This document shows, piece after piece, positions 1-12,789 of a DNA stretch of 64,000 bases. This stretch comes from Octopus sinensis (taxonomy: Eukaryota): contig NC_043007.1 in assembly GCF_006345805.1 (NCBI RefSeq), forward strand, positions 34,658,001 to 34,722,000, in the 5' to 3' direction. Both the position numbers and the translations under genes were made by a program. Every line of letters begins with the position of its first letter. Position 1 is the stretch's first letter. The notes below the pieces were generated by a model. The model did no database searches and had not been told where the DNA came from. It saw nothing but the letters and a program-made list of their open reading frames with translations.

Positions 1-1
1 C

Positions 2-1543
2 CTGATCATTTGGGATGAATGCACCACGTGACATAGAGATGAAATGGAAGCTCTTGGTAAGACCTTACGGGATATAAGAGGCAACAATAAATCTATGGTA
101 AAAGTTACATTGGTTTCATCAGGAGACTTCAGACAGACATTACCAGTGGCTGTGTGGTAAATAGCTTGGATACCCACCACATGGTTTGGGTTCATTCCCA
201 CTGCATGGCACCTTGGGCAAATGTCTTCTACTATAGTCTCGGGCCGACCAAAGCCTTGTGAGTGGATTTGGTAGATAGAAACTGAAAGAAGCTGTCATAT
301 AGTGTATATATATAATATATATATATTATATATATATATATATAATATATATATTTGTGTGTGTGTGTGTGTGTGTGTATGTTTGTTGGTGTGTGTGTGT
401 GTGTGTGTGGTGTGTGTTGTGTGTGTGGTGTGTGTGTGTGTTGTGTGTTGGTCTGTTGTTTGTCCCCCCAACATCGCTTGACAACCGATGCTGGTGTATT
501 TTCGTCCCTGTAACTTAGCGGTTCGGCAAAAGGGACAGATAGAATAAGTACTAGGCTTACAAAGAATAAGTCCTGAGGTCGATTTGCTTGACTAAAAGGC
601 GGTGCTTCAGCATGGCCGCAGTCAAATAATTGAAACAAGTAAAAGAGTAAAAGAGTAAAAGAGTAAGAGAGTCATTCCGAGACGAACAAGATCTGATGAA
701 ATAAAAGCATGCTTTAAGTCTTCAAATCTATAGAATAAAGTACAGAAATGTTCCTTCAATACAATACTAACGTTAGAGCTTTATTACATGGAGACCAATG
801 TGCAGAACAGTTTTCAAAATGGCTCCTCCAATCAGGAAATGGGAAAGTGCCATTTGATGGGAATGGTGATATCAATTTGGCTCATATTGCAATTATGGTG
901 AATTCCCCAGCTGAATTGAAGCACAGTGTATTTCCAGACTTAAGTAATAATCATGGTTCACATAAATGGTTATGTGAAAAAGCAATTCTTGCTCAAAAGA
1001 AAATGAGACAGTAGCAAGGATTAACCATGAATTAATGAATAAGATTCCAACAGTCATTAAGGAGTACAAATCAGTTGATTCAGTCCTTGATGAAAATCAA
1101 GCCGTCCATTACACAACAGAGTTCCTTAATTCTCTTGAGCCAACTGAAGGTAGGAGTCCTAATAATGCTTCTAAGAAATTTAGATCTTCCTAAATTATGC
1201 AATGGGACAAGGTTGATTGTGAAGACATTATCACTTAATGTGATACAAGCTACCATCATCACTGGATGTGCCTCTGGGGAAGAGGTTTCCATTCCAAGAA
1301 TTCTAATCAAGCCAACAGACATGCCATTTGAGTTCAAACGAACACAATTCCCAGTGCGATTTTGCTCCGCAATGTCTATTAATAAAGCTTTGAAATCTAC
1401 TGGCTTTCATTGAACTGAGCCTCGCTTTTCTCATGGTCAACTTTCTGTTGGTTGCTCCGGGGTTGGTAGTTTTGCAAGACTTATTTCTCTATGTTCCAAA
1501 TCAGAAAACAAAGAATGTTGTTTACCCAGAAGCTCTTATGTAA
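2..1543 (+). pseudogene. Helitron PIF1-like helicase pseudogene fragment
   Basis: Manual translation gives LIIWDECTT*HR..EALGKTLRDIRG..GDFRQTLPV|IPRRTRSDEIKACFKSS, then WLCEKAILA, LKVGVLIMLLRNLDLPKLCNGTRL, QFPVRFCSAMSINKA, FSHGQL and TKNVVYPEALM*. It has stops and frameshifts and is split by a SINE at 146-672. Confidence 0.9.
146..672 (+). mobile_element. SINE-A (tRNA-derived, head gtggctgtgtggtaag, internal microsatellite, (GTAAAAGA)n tail) inserted in the Helitron helicase
   Basis: Removing it restores cca-gtc-att-ccg (PVIP). About 20 full or partial copies occur in the window, e.g. 6385-6545, 22840-23115, 24640-24897, 25490-25910, 28670-29075, 38385-38580, 53360-53730, 54680-55085, 63520-63680. 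Confidence 0.88.
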
Positions 1544-1791
1544 TTTTCTTCAATATATGTGATAGAATTCATCTCCCTTCATAAAAGTGGTAAACTTTTA
1601 TTTTCGTTTATTTGTAAAATTATTTTATTTTTCATTTTTTTTATACTTGTATTATGAATTCAGAATTGATTTCCGAATTGAAGTATAAATTGAGTTTAGA
1701 ATAACAAATGTCTATACAACTTATTTTGCTTTCTTCTTGCAAAATATAAGGAATAATTTCAGCCCGAGCAACACGCTGTATGCCTCTGCTA

Positions 1792-1792
<1 letters not shown>

Positions 1793-1865
<73 letters not shown>

Positions 1866-1916
1866 TATATATATAGATATATACATATATATTATATATA
1901 TATATATGATATATAC

Positions 1917-1963
<47 letters not shown>

Positions 1964-2311
1964 TATATACATATATATATATATTATATATATAATAGAT
2001 ATATACATATATATACATATATATAGATATATACATTATATAATATATATATATATATTCTATATATATATACATATTATACATTATATTATATGTATAT
2101 ACATATATAACATATATATATATATATATATATACATATATATATCTATATATATATATATATATACATATAATACATATATATACATATATAATATACA
2201 TATATACATATATCATATATATATACTATATATATATACATATATATACATATATATAACATATATATATATATACATATATATACATATATTATATATA
2301 TATATCTCTAC

Positions 2312-2349
<38 letters not shown>

Positions 2350-2582
2350 ATAGTATACATATATATATATATATATAGATATATACATATATATATTATA
2401 TATATACATAGATATATATATATATATATACATATATATAATATATTTTTATATCGATATAATATTATCTAATATATATATTAATATATAATAATATATA
2501 GATATATACAATATGTATATATATATATCTATACATACACATATATATATATATATGTTTATATATATATATATTATATAAT
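1793..2582. repeat. Interrupted (TA)n microsatellite, ~790 bp
   Basis: Read directly; source of the YIYI-type pseudo-ORFs. Confidence 0.97.
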
Positions 2583-2591
2583 ATGTGTGTG

Positions 2592-2812
2592 TGGAGGCGC
2601 AATGGCCTAGTGGTTAGGCAGCGGACTTGCGGTCGGAGGATCGCGGTTTCGATTCCCAGACCGGGCGTTGTGTGTGTGTATTGAGCGAAAAAAAACACTA
2701 AAAGCTCCACGAGGCTCGGCAGGTGGGTGGTGATCCCTGCTGTACTCTTTCACCACTCTAAAGGCGGTGCTCCAGCATGGCCGCAGTCAAATGACTGAAA
2801 CAAGTACAAAAA
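2592..2812 (+). mobile_element. Chimeric SINE: SINE-B head and body joined to a SINE-A tail
   Basis: tggaggcgcaatggcc head to caccactct (~2759), then aaaggcggtgctccagcatggccgcagtcaaatgactgaaac. Confidence 0.75.
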
Positions 2813-3308
2813 AAAAATATATATATATATACATACATATATATATATATATGTATATACATATATATATATATATATATATAGTGAGGAATTATTAATC
2901 CCGGCAACATACATCATAAGCACTCTGTTGGCACACCAGGCTAACAATATTACCTAGATAAATGGAGAATTCCAAGTAATCTTTTAGTAGGGTCTCAAGT
3001 TATGGTTCATCAGCATTCTATATTATAAATCCGTGGTGGGCTCCAGATAAACTGGTTTTTACACAGAGTGATATATCAAAAAAAAAAAAAAAACAAGTTA
3101 AAAATAATGGCCATTACATATAATTTCTTTATTTGAGCAAATTTGGCTTACAGCTATTTCTAGTAGGTAATATTACTGATAGGTTTACTGAATTGGTTCA
3201 GTGATCGATTGAGGCAAATTGAACGACCTAAGAAAATTAAAGCTACTTTCGTCAGAGCCATTTCTGTATATAACAAGCAGATCATTTGAGGAATGGTTAC
3301 TCTGTGGG

Positions 3309-3535
3309 GAGCTGGCAGAAACGTTAGCACGCCGGGCGAAATGCGTAGCCGTATTTTGTCTGCCGTTACGTTCTGTGTTCAAATTCCGCCGAGGTCGACT
3401 TTGCCTTTCATCCTTTCGGGGTCGATAAATTAAGTACCAGTTACGCACTGGGGTCGATGTAATCGACTTAATCCGTTCGTCTGTCCTTGTTTGTCCCCTT
3501 ATGTTTAGCCCCTTGTGGGCAATAAATAAATATAT
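3309..3535 (+). mobile_element. SINE-C (head gagctggcagaaacgttagc, B-box-like gttcaaattcc)
   Basis: Many copies: 4045-4262, 9405-9602(-), 10545-10725(-), 11745-12050, 12195-12410, 14245-15012(-), 41640-41800(-), 43370-43540(-), 49700-49915, 53105-53285, 55455-55700(-). Two alternative 3' tails are seen. Confidence 0.85.
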
Positions 3536-3721
3536 TCTTTGGGGAAGATGGGGATGTTTAAGTAGAATAAAGAACAGGTGGGGAGACCGGTTACAAAGAG
3601 GTGGGAGCAAGTAAGGGAGCGGTACAGGAGGCACTTAGTAGAAGTAGGGGTATTGTATTGCCAAATTTAAAAGAGGGACAGTCTCAAACATGGGCCAGCA
3701 CCTATTACCATATTAATATGG

Positions 3722-4044
3722 TATCGGCATCCGCCGTCTCGAGAGACGATGGTGTAGCTCGGAAAAGGTGGTGGGTTTATCTGCACTTCCTGGTGTGGCT
3801 GTGCTGACCAATCATCGAGTGGCAGTCTCTACCACATCTGGTGCAAGTGAAAGGGGACGAGAGCTGTGGTTTCTGCTGCTGCTCCTTTCGCCTGGTTCTC
3901 TTTAGTTTGGCAGTAGTGGTCCTCGGGTTCTCTGCTGTCATGGCACCACCGTGCTTGACACTGTGTCGCCAGGTGCTTCTGTCGGCGGCGGCGGCGGCGG
4001 ATTCCCATGTTTGGGTGTTGATCTGGCATAGCTTTAGGTCCTTC
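3722..4044 (-). mobile_element. RTE-clade LINE, 5'-truncated 3' end
   Basis: Open frame KDLKLCQINTQTWESAAAAADRSTWRHSVKHG...PFTCTRCGRDCHSMIGQHSHTRKCR* (stop 3777-3779). Matches the RTE C-terminus with a single zinc finger; 3' UTR hairpin ccatcgtctctcgagacggcggatgcc. Confidence 0.87.
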
Positions 4045-5367
4045 TGGCAGAAACGTTAGCACGCCGGGCGAAATGCGTAGCCGTATTTCGTCTGCCGTTA
4101 GGTTATGAGTTCAAATTCCGCCAAGGCTGACTTTGCCTTTCATCCTTTCGCGGTCGATAAATTAGGTACCAGTTACGCACTGGGGTCGATGTAATCGATT
4201 TAATCCGTTTGTCCTTGTTTGTCCTTTCTGTGTTTAGCCCCTTGTGAGTAGTAAAGAAATAAGTATATAAGTTAGATATTCTTCAGCCATCGTGTTGAAA
4301 TTCGATATGGGATTTTCATGGACATGGGTCAGTTTCATGGACATGGGTCAGTTTTTAATCTAGCGTAGTAGGGGAATAATGTTAGAGAGTGAAGGGATAC
4401 TATTTTTATAGCGGTCAAGAAAGCTTTTATAATCAGGATATAAATATTGATAGATTTGGATATATTGTTGGAAATGTGGTGATGTCGAGTTGAAGTTGTT
4501 GAAAATTAGATGTAAATGGAGGTTGACCTAAATATTCAGGTTTTAAAATTAAAATTAATAAAAGGGTTAGGGTTTAAATTTTAGCTAAAGTTGAAGTTTC
4601 TAAAATTTAGCATTAAGGTAAACTAAGATATAGAGGTTTAGAGTAAACTTGTAGAGTAATGCGTTACAGTAAATCAATTATATATATGAGCACTTAGAAT
4701 GCATGCCTTTTAGTCTGAGTCATCCTCACGAAAACCCCTCATAACCCCTCTCTCTCTCGTATATTCGATGTATATTCGATGTAATTCTATATACTCTTTT
4801 ACTCTTTTATTTGATTCAATCATTTTGACTGTGGCCATACTGGAGCACCGCATTAGTCGAGCAAATCGACCCCAGGAATTATTCTTTGGAAGCCCCTAGT
4901 ACTTAATACATTGTGGCTGTGTGGTAAGTAGCTTGCTTACCAACCACATGATTTCGGGTTCAGTTCCACTGCGTGGCACCTACTGTAGCCTCGGGTCGAC
5001 CAAAGCCTTGTGAGTCGATTTGGTAGACGGAAACTGAAAGAAGCCCGTCGCAAGTTGCTTACCACACAGCCACAATGTATTTCAGGTTTACGAATGCACG
5101 GGATCTTTGTGGTTAGAGTCACTGCATGTCGAAATGTTTAAAAAAAAATTATGTAATATATAGATGTAATTTGTAACGCTGGATCCGAATTTGTTATTCA
5201 TTTGTTCCAAAAAGCATTGCGAAAATGTTACAGGCGTTCAAAGTTTGATAATTTTCAGAATTTTCAACCAATCAGAAAACAGCACGTTCGCTGCTTCTTC
5301 CATCATCTGTCACAGTAGCGAGAAATATGCGGTGGTGGTGGTGGGGGGGAGCAGGCATGTCAAAACA

Positions 5368-5580
5368 CTAGAAATAACAGTGAGAAGCATTAAAACATAC
5401 GCGAGCAAATTAAATATTCAAAAGCTACGAGCAAACCACCTGGAATTGCTTGAAATAACATTATTCAAAACATTAAAATATACACGAGCAAAGTACACAG
5501 CGAAAAACATTAAAACATTCGCGAGCAAATTAAATATTTAAAAGCTACGATCAAACCAACTGCAGTTGCTAGAAATAACA
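5368..5580. repeat. Degenerate ~120-bp tandem repeat (cattaaaacat.cgcgagcaaattaaatatt...)
   Basis: Units start at ~5388 and ~5508, with a sub-unit at 5471. Possibly subterminal repeats of a DNA transposon. Confidence 0.7.
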
Positions 5581-6039
5581 GCCAAAACACTGCTTAAAAC
5601 AGACATTTGTTGTTAGTTAAAAAATTCAAGAACGAAAGTTTGCAATACACTCCAGGATTTTATAAAATTGTACTATTTTTCTAGCCCCTTCTCCGCATAC
5701 ACTGAGGCTACGTTGTTTTCCCATTATTAATCAATTGTATAATAACGTTAAATTATAATACTATATAGTGCAGTTAGGCTAGTTGGGTGACCACCCATTT
5801 TGGCAAAAAAAATTGCATACATATTACATGGTCTTAAGCTAATTTTGCCGGTAAATTTGAAATGTTTATATTAATTTAGCATTAGAATTCTTCAAGTTAT
5901 ATAAAAATAGTTATTGTCTGCATCATTCGAAAGAGAAATAAATTCTGCATAAGGTGTAAAAGATAAAAGTAATTTGTATGGTGTTAGTAACAAAATATTT
6001 TGTAAGAAATAGAACTTTTATCATCGGTCTTAAATTTAT

Positions 6040-6384
6040 TATCGCCAGTGTAGATTCGCAAAGATGTGAGTCAACCACGGAACAGTGAGTCCCACAATGG
6101 CGTTTGTTTCTTCATTTTAAATACGCCCATGCACTCTCAATTAGTCGAGTATGAGTCCCATCTTTTGAGTTTAAAGCTTCAGTGCTATGGTTCACAGTTT
6201 TATATTTGAAATCATAGCCATCGATTTCTGGGATATGATTATAAGCTCGCTACAGGTCACTGAAGATAGTCGTTCCTGTAAGAACTGAGTGTTGCATACA
6301 ATCTTCTAGTATTTCGTGGTTACGACTTCGTACGGCGCAAAGGAAAACTTCCTTCGTCTCGCGACATACTCCTCCAAAGACCCA
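6040..6384 (-). pseudogene. Merlin (IS1016/ISXO2-like DDE) transposase fragment
   Basis: Manual translation WVFGGVCRETKEVFLCAVRSRNHEILEDCMQHSVLTGTTIFSDL*RAYNHIPEIDGYDFKYKTVNHSTEALNSKDGTHTRLIESAWAYLK*. It contains the WVFG, GTTIxSD, TVNHS and HTxxIESxW motifs. Absent from the ORF track; cut upstream by SINE-A. Confidence 0.86.
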
Positions 6385-7354
6385 CGACGGGCTTCTTTCA
6401 GTTTCCGTCTACCAAATCTGTTCACAAGGTTTTGGTCGGTCCGAGGCTATAGAAGAAGACACTTGCCCAAGGTGCCACGCAGTGGGACTGAACCCGGAAC
6501 CATGTGGCTGGTAAGCAAGCTACCTACCACACAGCCACTCCTCCGCCTAAAAAACAATGTTCCAAACTTTTGGTCATAGTTGCATACGACATGATTTGAT
6601 TTACTAATGTCCTTACGTTTCCGCCATCATTACATGTGAGAGAGAGAGGAGGAGGAGGAGGAGAGAAAGAAATATAGTGTGTATTTGTGTAATTGTGCAT
6701 ATGTACAGGTCTTCATGTATATGTTTATGTACGTGTCTGTGCTGATTTTTACACCTGTACAAGTACAGGTGTTGTTTATGTTCTCTACACCTCACCCTTC
6801 ACCTCTCTCTATCTCCTGAAATTTTGAGGTTCGAAAATTATCGATAGATAATAAAACTATGAGTCCTGAAACAAATACTAGGATTGGTATGCTCGACTAA
6901 ACCCTCGAAGGCGAGTGCTCCAACATGGACGCAGTTTAACAATGGAAACCAGCAAAAGAATAAAAGCGTAATAAAATATTTTTCCATTGATGTTTTCGCT
7001 GTCATTTGGATATTTTCCAAAAATGTTGGAAATTAAGCGAAGATCAAACAGTCAAAGCTTGAAACCCAGAGGGAAAACAGTGGGAGGTTCAGCGAAGTCT
7101 AAAGGTTAGAACAATAAAGAACACGGATAAATCTTTGATGAGAATTCTTCTGTTACACACGCGAAGAAACTGCTGCAACAAAACAAAGTATGATACAAGA
7201 TAAATGGAAGAAAGAAATCTGATGCAATGCAAGAATATATTTTCGAAAGAATGGAAGTACGACCGTACTTAAAATCTTCTGGTATGTGAGGTGCAAAGAA
7301 CGTTCAGTCGCAAATAGTCGTTCAAAACGGTCAGTTGCATCTCGGGTGTCTGTG

Positions 7355-8115
7355 TATGCATGCATGTATGTATGTATGTATGTATGTATGTATGTATGTA
7401 TGTATGTATGTATGTATGTATGTATGTATGTATGTATGTATGTATGTGTGTGTGTATGCATGTATGTATGTATGTATGTGTGTATGTATGTGTGTGTGTA
7501 TGTATGTATGTATGTGTGTGTGTATGTATGTATGTATGTATGTATGCATGCATGTATGTATGTATGTATGTATGTGTGTGTGTATGCATGTATGTATGTA
7601 TGTATGTGTGTATGTATGTGTGTGTGTATGTATGTATGTATGTGTGTGTGTATGTATGTATGTATGTATGTATGCATGCATGTATGTATGTATGTATGTT
7701 TGTAAGTATGTATGTATGTATGTATGTATGTATGTATGTTTGTAAGTATGTATGTATGTATGTGTGTATGTATGTTATGTATGCACGTACGTGTGTGTGT
7801 ATTGTATGTATGCGTATGCTTGTATGTATATATGTATGTGTATATGTATGTGTGTATGTGTGTACGTATGTATGTGTGTATGTACGTACCATGTATATGT
7901 GTATGTGTATGTATGTATGCACGTACGTATATGTGTATGTATGTATGTGTGTCTATGTATGTGTATGTATGTATGTATGTATATATATGTGTATATGTAT
8001 GTGTGTGTATGTGTGTAGGTATGTATGTGTGTATGTATGTACGAATGTATTATGTATGTTTGTATGTATGTGTATGTAATGTATATATGTATGTATGTGT
8101 ATGTACTTATGTATG
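7355..8115. repeat. Compound (TATG)n/(TG)n microsatellite
   Basis: Read directly. Confidence 0.97.
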
Positions 8116-11100
8116 AAAAACAAAACCCGTGAAAGGGCGGAGGAACGCTTGAGTATCAACGGCCTTCCAATAAATGTCTTAAGGCTGTATCATGTGCGGG
8201 GACATAGAAATAATCGGACTGAATACCCGATCACGCGGTTAAACCATTGGGAGTGAAGGACTCCTAGCCTTTGTTAGGGCATCCTTCTAGGAGAAGGTAA
8301 CTCAGGTAACTGGGATAACTCCGACATAAAATCTGCGGCTCAGTGGTTACCGATGATGTTGACTTGTTCTTCTTTTCGGATTATGGCTGCGGTTGCTTAG
8401 TGAGTGGGATTGACTCAGTGCACAGCCTTTCCTCACTTTAAAAAAAATCTTCTTGCACAGGCATTGCACGATAACAACATTGATTAAGCTTCGTGCAATG
8501 GCCATACTGGATAACGAGGGGGCAGCCACCATATATGTATGTATGCATGTATGTATGTATGTATGTATGTGTATGTATGGTGAGTATGCATGCATTCATG
8601 TATGTATAAATGGATGGACGTGGTTTGGCAAAAGAGACCGGTAGAATAGGTATCAGGCTTTCAAAAATAAGTCTTGGGGCCTATTCATTCAACTAAAACC
8701 TTTAACGGTGGTGCCTCAGCATGGCCGTAGTCCAATGACTGAAGCAAGTAAAAGATGTGTGTGTGTGTGTGTGTGAGTGTGTGTGTGCGTGCGTGTGTGC
8801 GTGTGTGTGTGTGTATATGTGCGACTGTGTGTCTGCGTTCGTGTGCGCGTGTGTGTGTGTGTGAAGGCAGGTGGCCTAGTGATCAGGGTGTTTCACTCAC
8901 GATTGGTAGATCATGGGTTCGATTCCTGGAACAGGCGGCGCTTTGTGTTCTTTAGCAAAACACTTCACTATCACGTTGCTCCTGACCACTCGACTGAAAA
9001 TGGGTAACCCTGCAACTGAATAGATTTTCGATCAGAAAGAATGTTGACTTGCTCGCCTTGCACCATTCGAAGACTAAAGCAATACGAAGCTTAGTGTTAC
9101 CAGCGATGTATAACATTATCCGAAAGTCTGGTCAACACTGTGACACCGAGATATATATATATATATTAATAATAAATTCCCGAGTAACAAAAAGGTTTAG
9201 AAAATTTCTTTGCTACTAGTGGTCTAACGAGAAGAAAAAGCTAGTCAATAGACTATATATTATTCATATATAAAATACAGTGTACATTTAAACACATAAG
9301 AGATGGTCATAACAGGACATATGACCAGCTAGAAGGAGTAGTTAAACTCCAAACCACTATTAGGGGTAATTTCGAATGGGAATAAAAAATAAAAACATTG
9401 TTAAAAATAAAAACAAGGACAGACAAACGGATTAAGTCGATTATATCGACCTCAGTGCGTAACTGGTACTTATTTAATCGACCCCGAAAGGATGAAAGGC
9501 AAAGTCGACCTCGGCGGAATTTGATCTCAGAACGTAGCGACAGACGAAATACTGCTGAGCATTTCGCCCGACGTGCTAACGTTTCTGCCAGCTCGCCGCC
9601 TTCTCAGCGACAATACCAACCTCAGAAACAAGTGATTATTGAACGAACATCTTCACCGTACAGCCATGGCAGCTTCCGAATCCTTTAGTGATATCAAATT
9701 ACTCGAATGAGGAATTGATAGAAGAAATGGTAATTTAAAAACAAAGATTTCTTACATTGATTCCAGGCTACAGATTTGTAAATAGATCGAAGAATGTAGT
9801 CTACTGAATCGATTTCGGTTCTTTCGTAGTACATTCCTTGTTATCGATCTCCGTCGAGTAAAATGCAAAGTTGACCTCGAATGTACTTGATATCGAAATA
9901 TCGAGCGTGTTGTTTATTTAAGCTCTGTTCCATGTGTGACACATCACTTCCTTGGGGAATGTCACATGTACGCAATATATTGTTTTCAATAGTTGAGCGT
10001 TAAGTAGTCTTATGGAAAGTACTCGTCGCACTTAACTAATTTTGTAAAAGAAATAATTTTTTCTAATAAATTTTAGATAATAAAAAGAAAATTCCGTTTT
10101 GTTGTATCTCGAGAGGGTCGTTATGCCAACAATAAACACACGCAATGGTTTTATTTAGCATCTTTTATTGTTATTAGTCAATTGGTTAACAGTTTCACCA
10201 ATTAACTGATCGATCGTTTGATGAATCGTTCAGTCAGACAGGAGACAGACAGACCTGAAGCCCACCCGGGGTAGAAAAAGTATGACATTGATGAAGTCGT
10301 GAATAGCGACAAAAAAACTTTGACAAACCCAGCTGATTGATTGACTGATTGATAGACCGAAAGATTCATCAAACCATCGAATTGACTAATTGTTAACTAA
10401 TTAACTAATAATTCGAGCTGACCAAAGCCTTGAGCAGATTTGGTAGACGGAACCTGGTAGAATTCCATTGTGTGTTTGTGTATGCGTGCTTGTCTGCGTG
10501 GGTTTGTCCTACAAATACAGACTTAAAGACATACACACAGATAAATAATTCTTTCTACTAAAGGCACAGGGCCTTAAATTTCTGAGAAGGGGACTAGTCG
10601 ATTATATCGTCCCCAGTGTTTAACTGGTACTTATTTTAACAACTCTGAAAGGATGAAAGATAAAGTCGGCCTCAGCGGAATTTGAACTAAGATCGTAAAG
10701 ACAGACGAGATGACGCTAAGCAACATAAAGATGGAGGTTCACTAAATAAAAACTAGTCCAACAAATCAAAGATGTTTTTTTGTATTATTTATCGCTTATT
10801 TTCATTTGTAAATCATTTTATTTCATTATTTAATAGTATATATACTTCTTCACCTGTAGGCGTAACACTACTCTTATTTCGTTAGTTTTTTTTGTCTTTT
10901 GTTTTTATGGAATCAGGACATGTTCAATGTCGAACGATCCTCAAACGTTACTGTGTTATTCTTGTTCTTGCCTTTATTAAATCATCAGACAACCTTAAAC
11001 AGAATCTTCAACTGGCTGTGATTCTTCGCTTATTGATTCAGTTAACTTCTTCGGGGCAGCTATTGTTCTCGAGTAGTTCTCACACTCGTTTTTCCAATGT

Positions 11101-11143
11101 GCTTGTACTTCATACCCAACAGTGTCGACGTACCTCTTGTAAA

Positions 11144-11221
<78 letters not shown>

Positions 11222-11370
11222 CGTGGCACTCCGTCGGTTTCGACGACAAGGGTTCCAGTTGATCCGATCAACGGAATAGCCTGCTCGGGAAATTAACGTG
11301 CAAGTGGTGAGCACTCCACGAACACGCGTACCCCTTAACGTAGTTCCCAAGGAGATTCAGCGTGACAGAG
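11222..11370 (-). mobile_element. SINE-B 3' fragment
   Basis: Matches the 3' third of the full copies at 37107, 53940 and 56632. Confidence 0.8.
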
Positions 11371-12789
11371 CCGAATACCTTAACCACTAAGCCACGTGCC
11401 TTCATCCTTGTAAAGAATATAGTGTAAAATGGTTGGACACCTTGAAACAGACAACAGTGGTTACCAGTTTACAGACATTATAAGGTAGCGAGTTGGCTGA
11501 ATCGTTAGCACTCCGGACAAAATGCTTTGCGGCATTACGTCCGTCTTTACGTTCTGAGTTCAAATTTCGCCAGGGTCTGAATAGCCACTCATCCTTTTGG
11601 AGTCGATAAAATAAGTACCAATCGAGCACTGGGGTCGATGTAATTGACTAGCTCTCCCCTCAACCGAAATTTTATAGTAGAAAGAATCCTTAATAACCTT
11701 TATAATTTTAAACTAAAGACAGAAATGTTGGCGTGCTGGACAAAATGCTGCGCGGCAGTTTGTCTGTCTTTGCGTTCCGAGTTCAAATACCTATTTCTTT
11801 ATTACCTACAAGGGGCTAAACATAGAGGGGACAAACAAGGACAGGCATAAGTATTAAGTCGATTACATCGACCCCAGTGCGTAACTGGTAATTATTTAAT
11901 CGACCCCAAAAGGGTGAAGTTCCGAGTTCAAATACCGCTGAGGTCGACATTGCCTTCCACCATTTCAGGATCAATAAAATAAGCATCAGCTGAGCATTGG
12001 GGTCGATGTAATCGACCTCCCCGTTCCTACAAAACTTCAGGCCAAACGCCAGTTGATCTTGCAGACATCATGAAACAATGTATCATTTACTATTAACTAC
12101 ATTTGGAAGCAAGGCGACTAATCCGCCTCCTCCAAATTTCAGGCCTTGCATCTATTAGTAGAAAGAATTATTAATTACATTTAGAAACAAAGTGGTCAGC
12201 TGGAAGAATCGTTAGCATACCGGACGAAATGCTAAGTGATATTTCTTCCGGCTTTACGCTCTGATTTCAAATTCTGCCGTGGTTGATTTTGTATCACATC
12301 TTTTCGGGCCAACAAAATAAGTACCAGTTAAGCACTAGGGTTAATGTAATCGACTGCCTCTCTCCACTTAAAATTGCTGGCCTTGTGCCAACATTTGAAA
12401 CCATTAATAACATTTGGAAGTCAAAACTTCCAAATAAATTATTTGATGTTTTGTATTTTCAAAATGGACGTTATTTATTAAATCTGAGAGTAAACTATTT
12501 AAGAGTTGTTGTTTGCGATTACTTCAAAATTTTTATAAATCTCTTGTCCCCTTCTAATTTCGCTGAACCCGCTTCAAAAACCCTTGTTCTAAATGTTAAC
12601 ATTCCTTATAACAATAAGTGTTGTAAGTGATAAATCCTGGGAGTCAGAAGATGGGAAGATTTGTCAGTGGCAACTTCCAGCTATGGTGTTTCAATTCCTT
12701 AGTAAAAGACCAGATTTTTTTTGCTAAGAAATTTGAAAGAGTTAAAAGAAAAATAGAAGTGTAAGATATATATATATATATATATATAT

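Larger units (their letters stand above)
1..1792 (+). mobile_element. Helitron, 3' part of a decayed autonomous element (runs off the window start)
   Basis: PIF1-type helicase C-terminal half (next feature), an AT-rich 3' UTR, then cccgagcaac...ctgCTAG|T at 1789-1793 entering a (TA)n tract. This is the canonical Helitron 3' end; the subterminal hairpin is decayed. Confidence 0.92.

Noticed and set aside
8245-8315. HDV-like ribozyme candidate (aagg/cctt helix, ccttct/agaagg helix)
   Set aside because: No P1 helix could be assigned and the catalytic C position reads U; at best a decayed RTE-type 5' segment.
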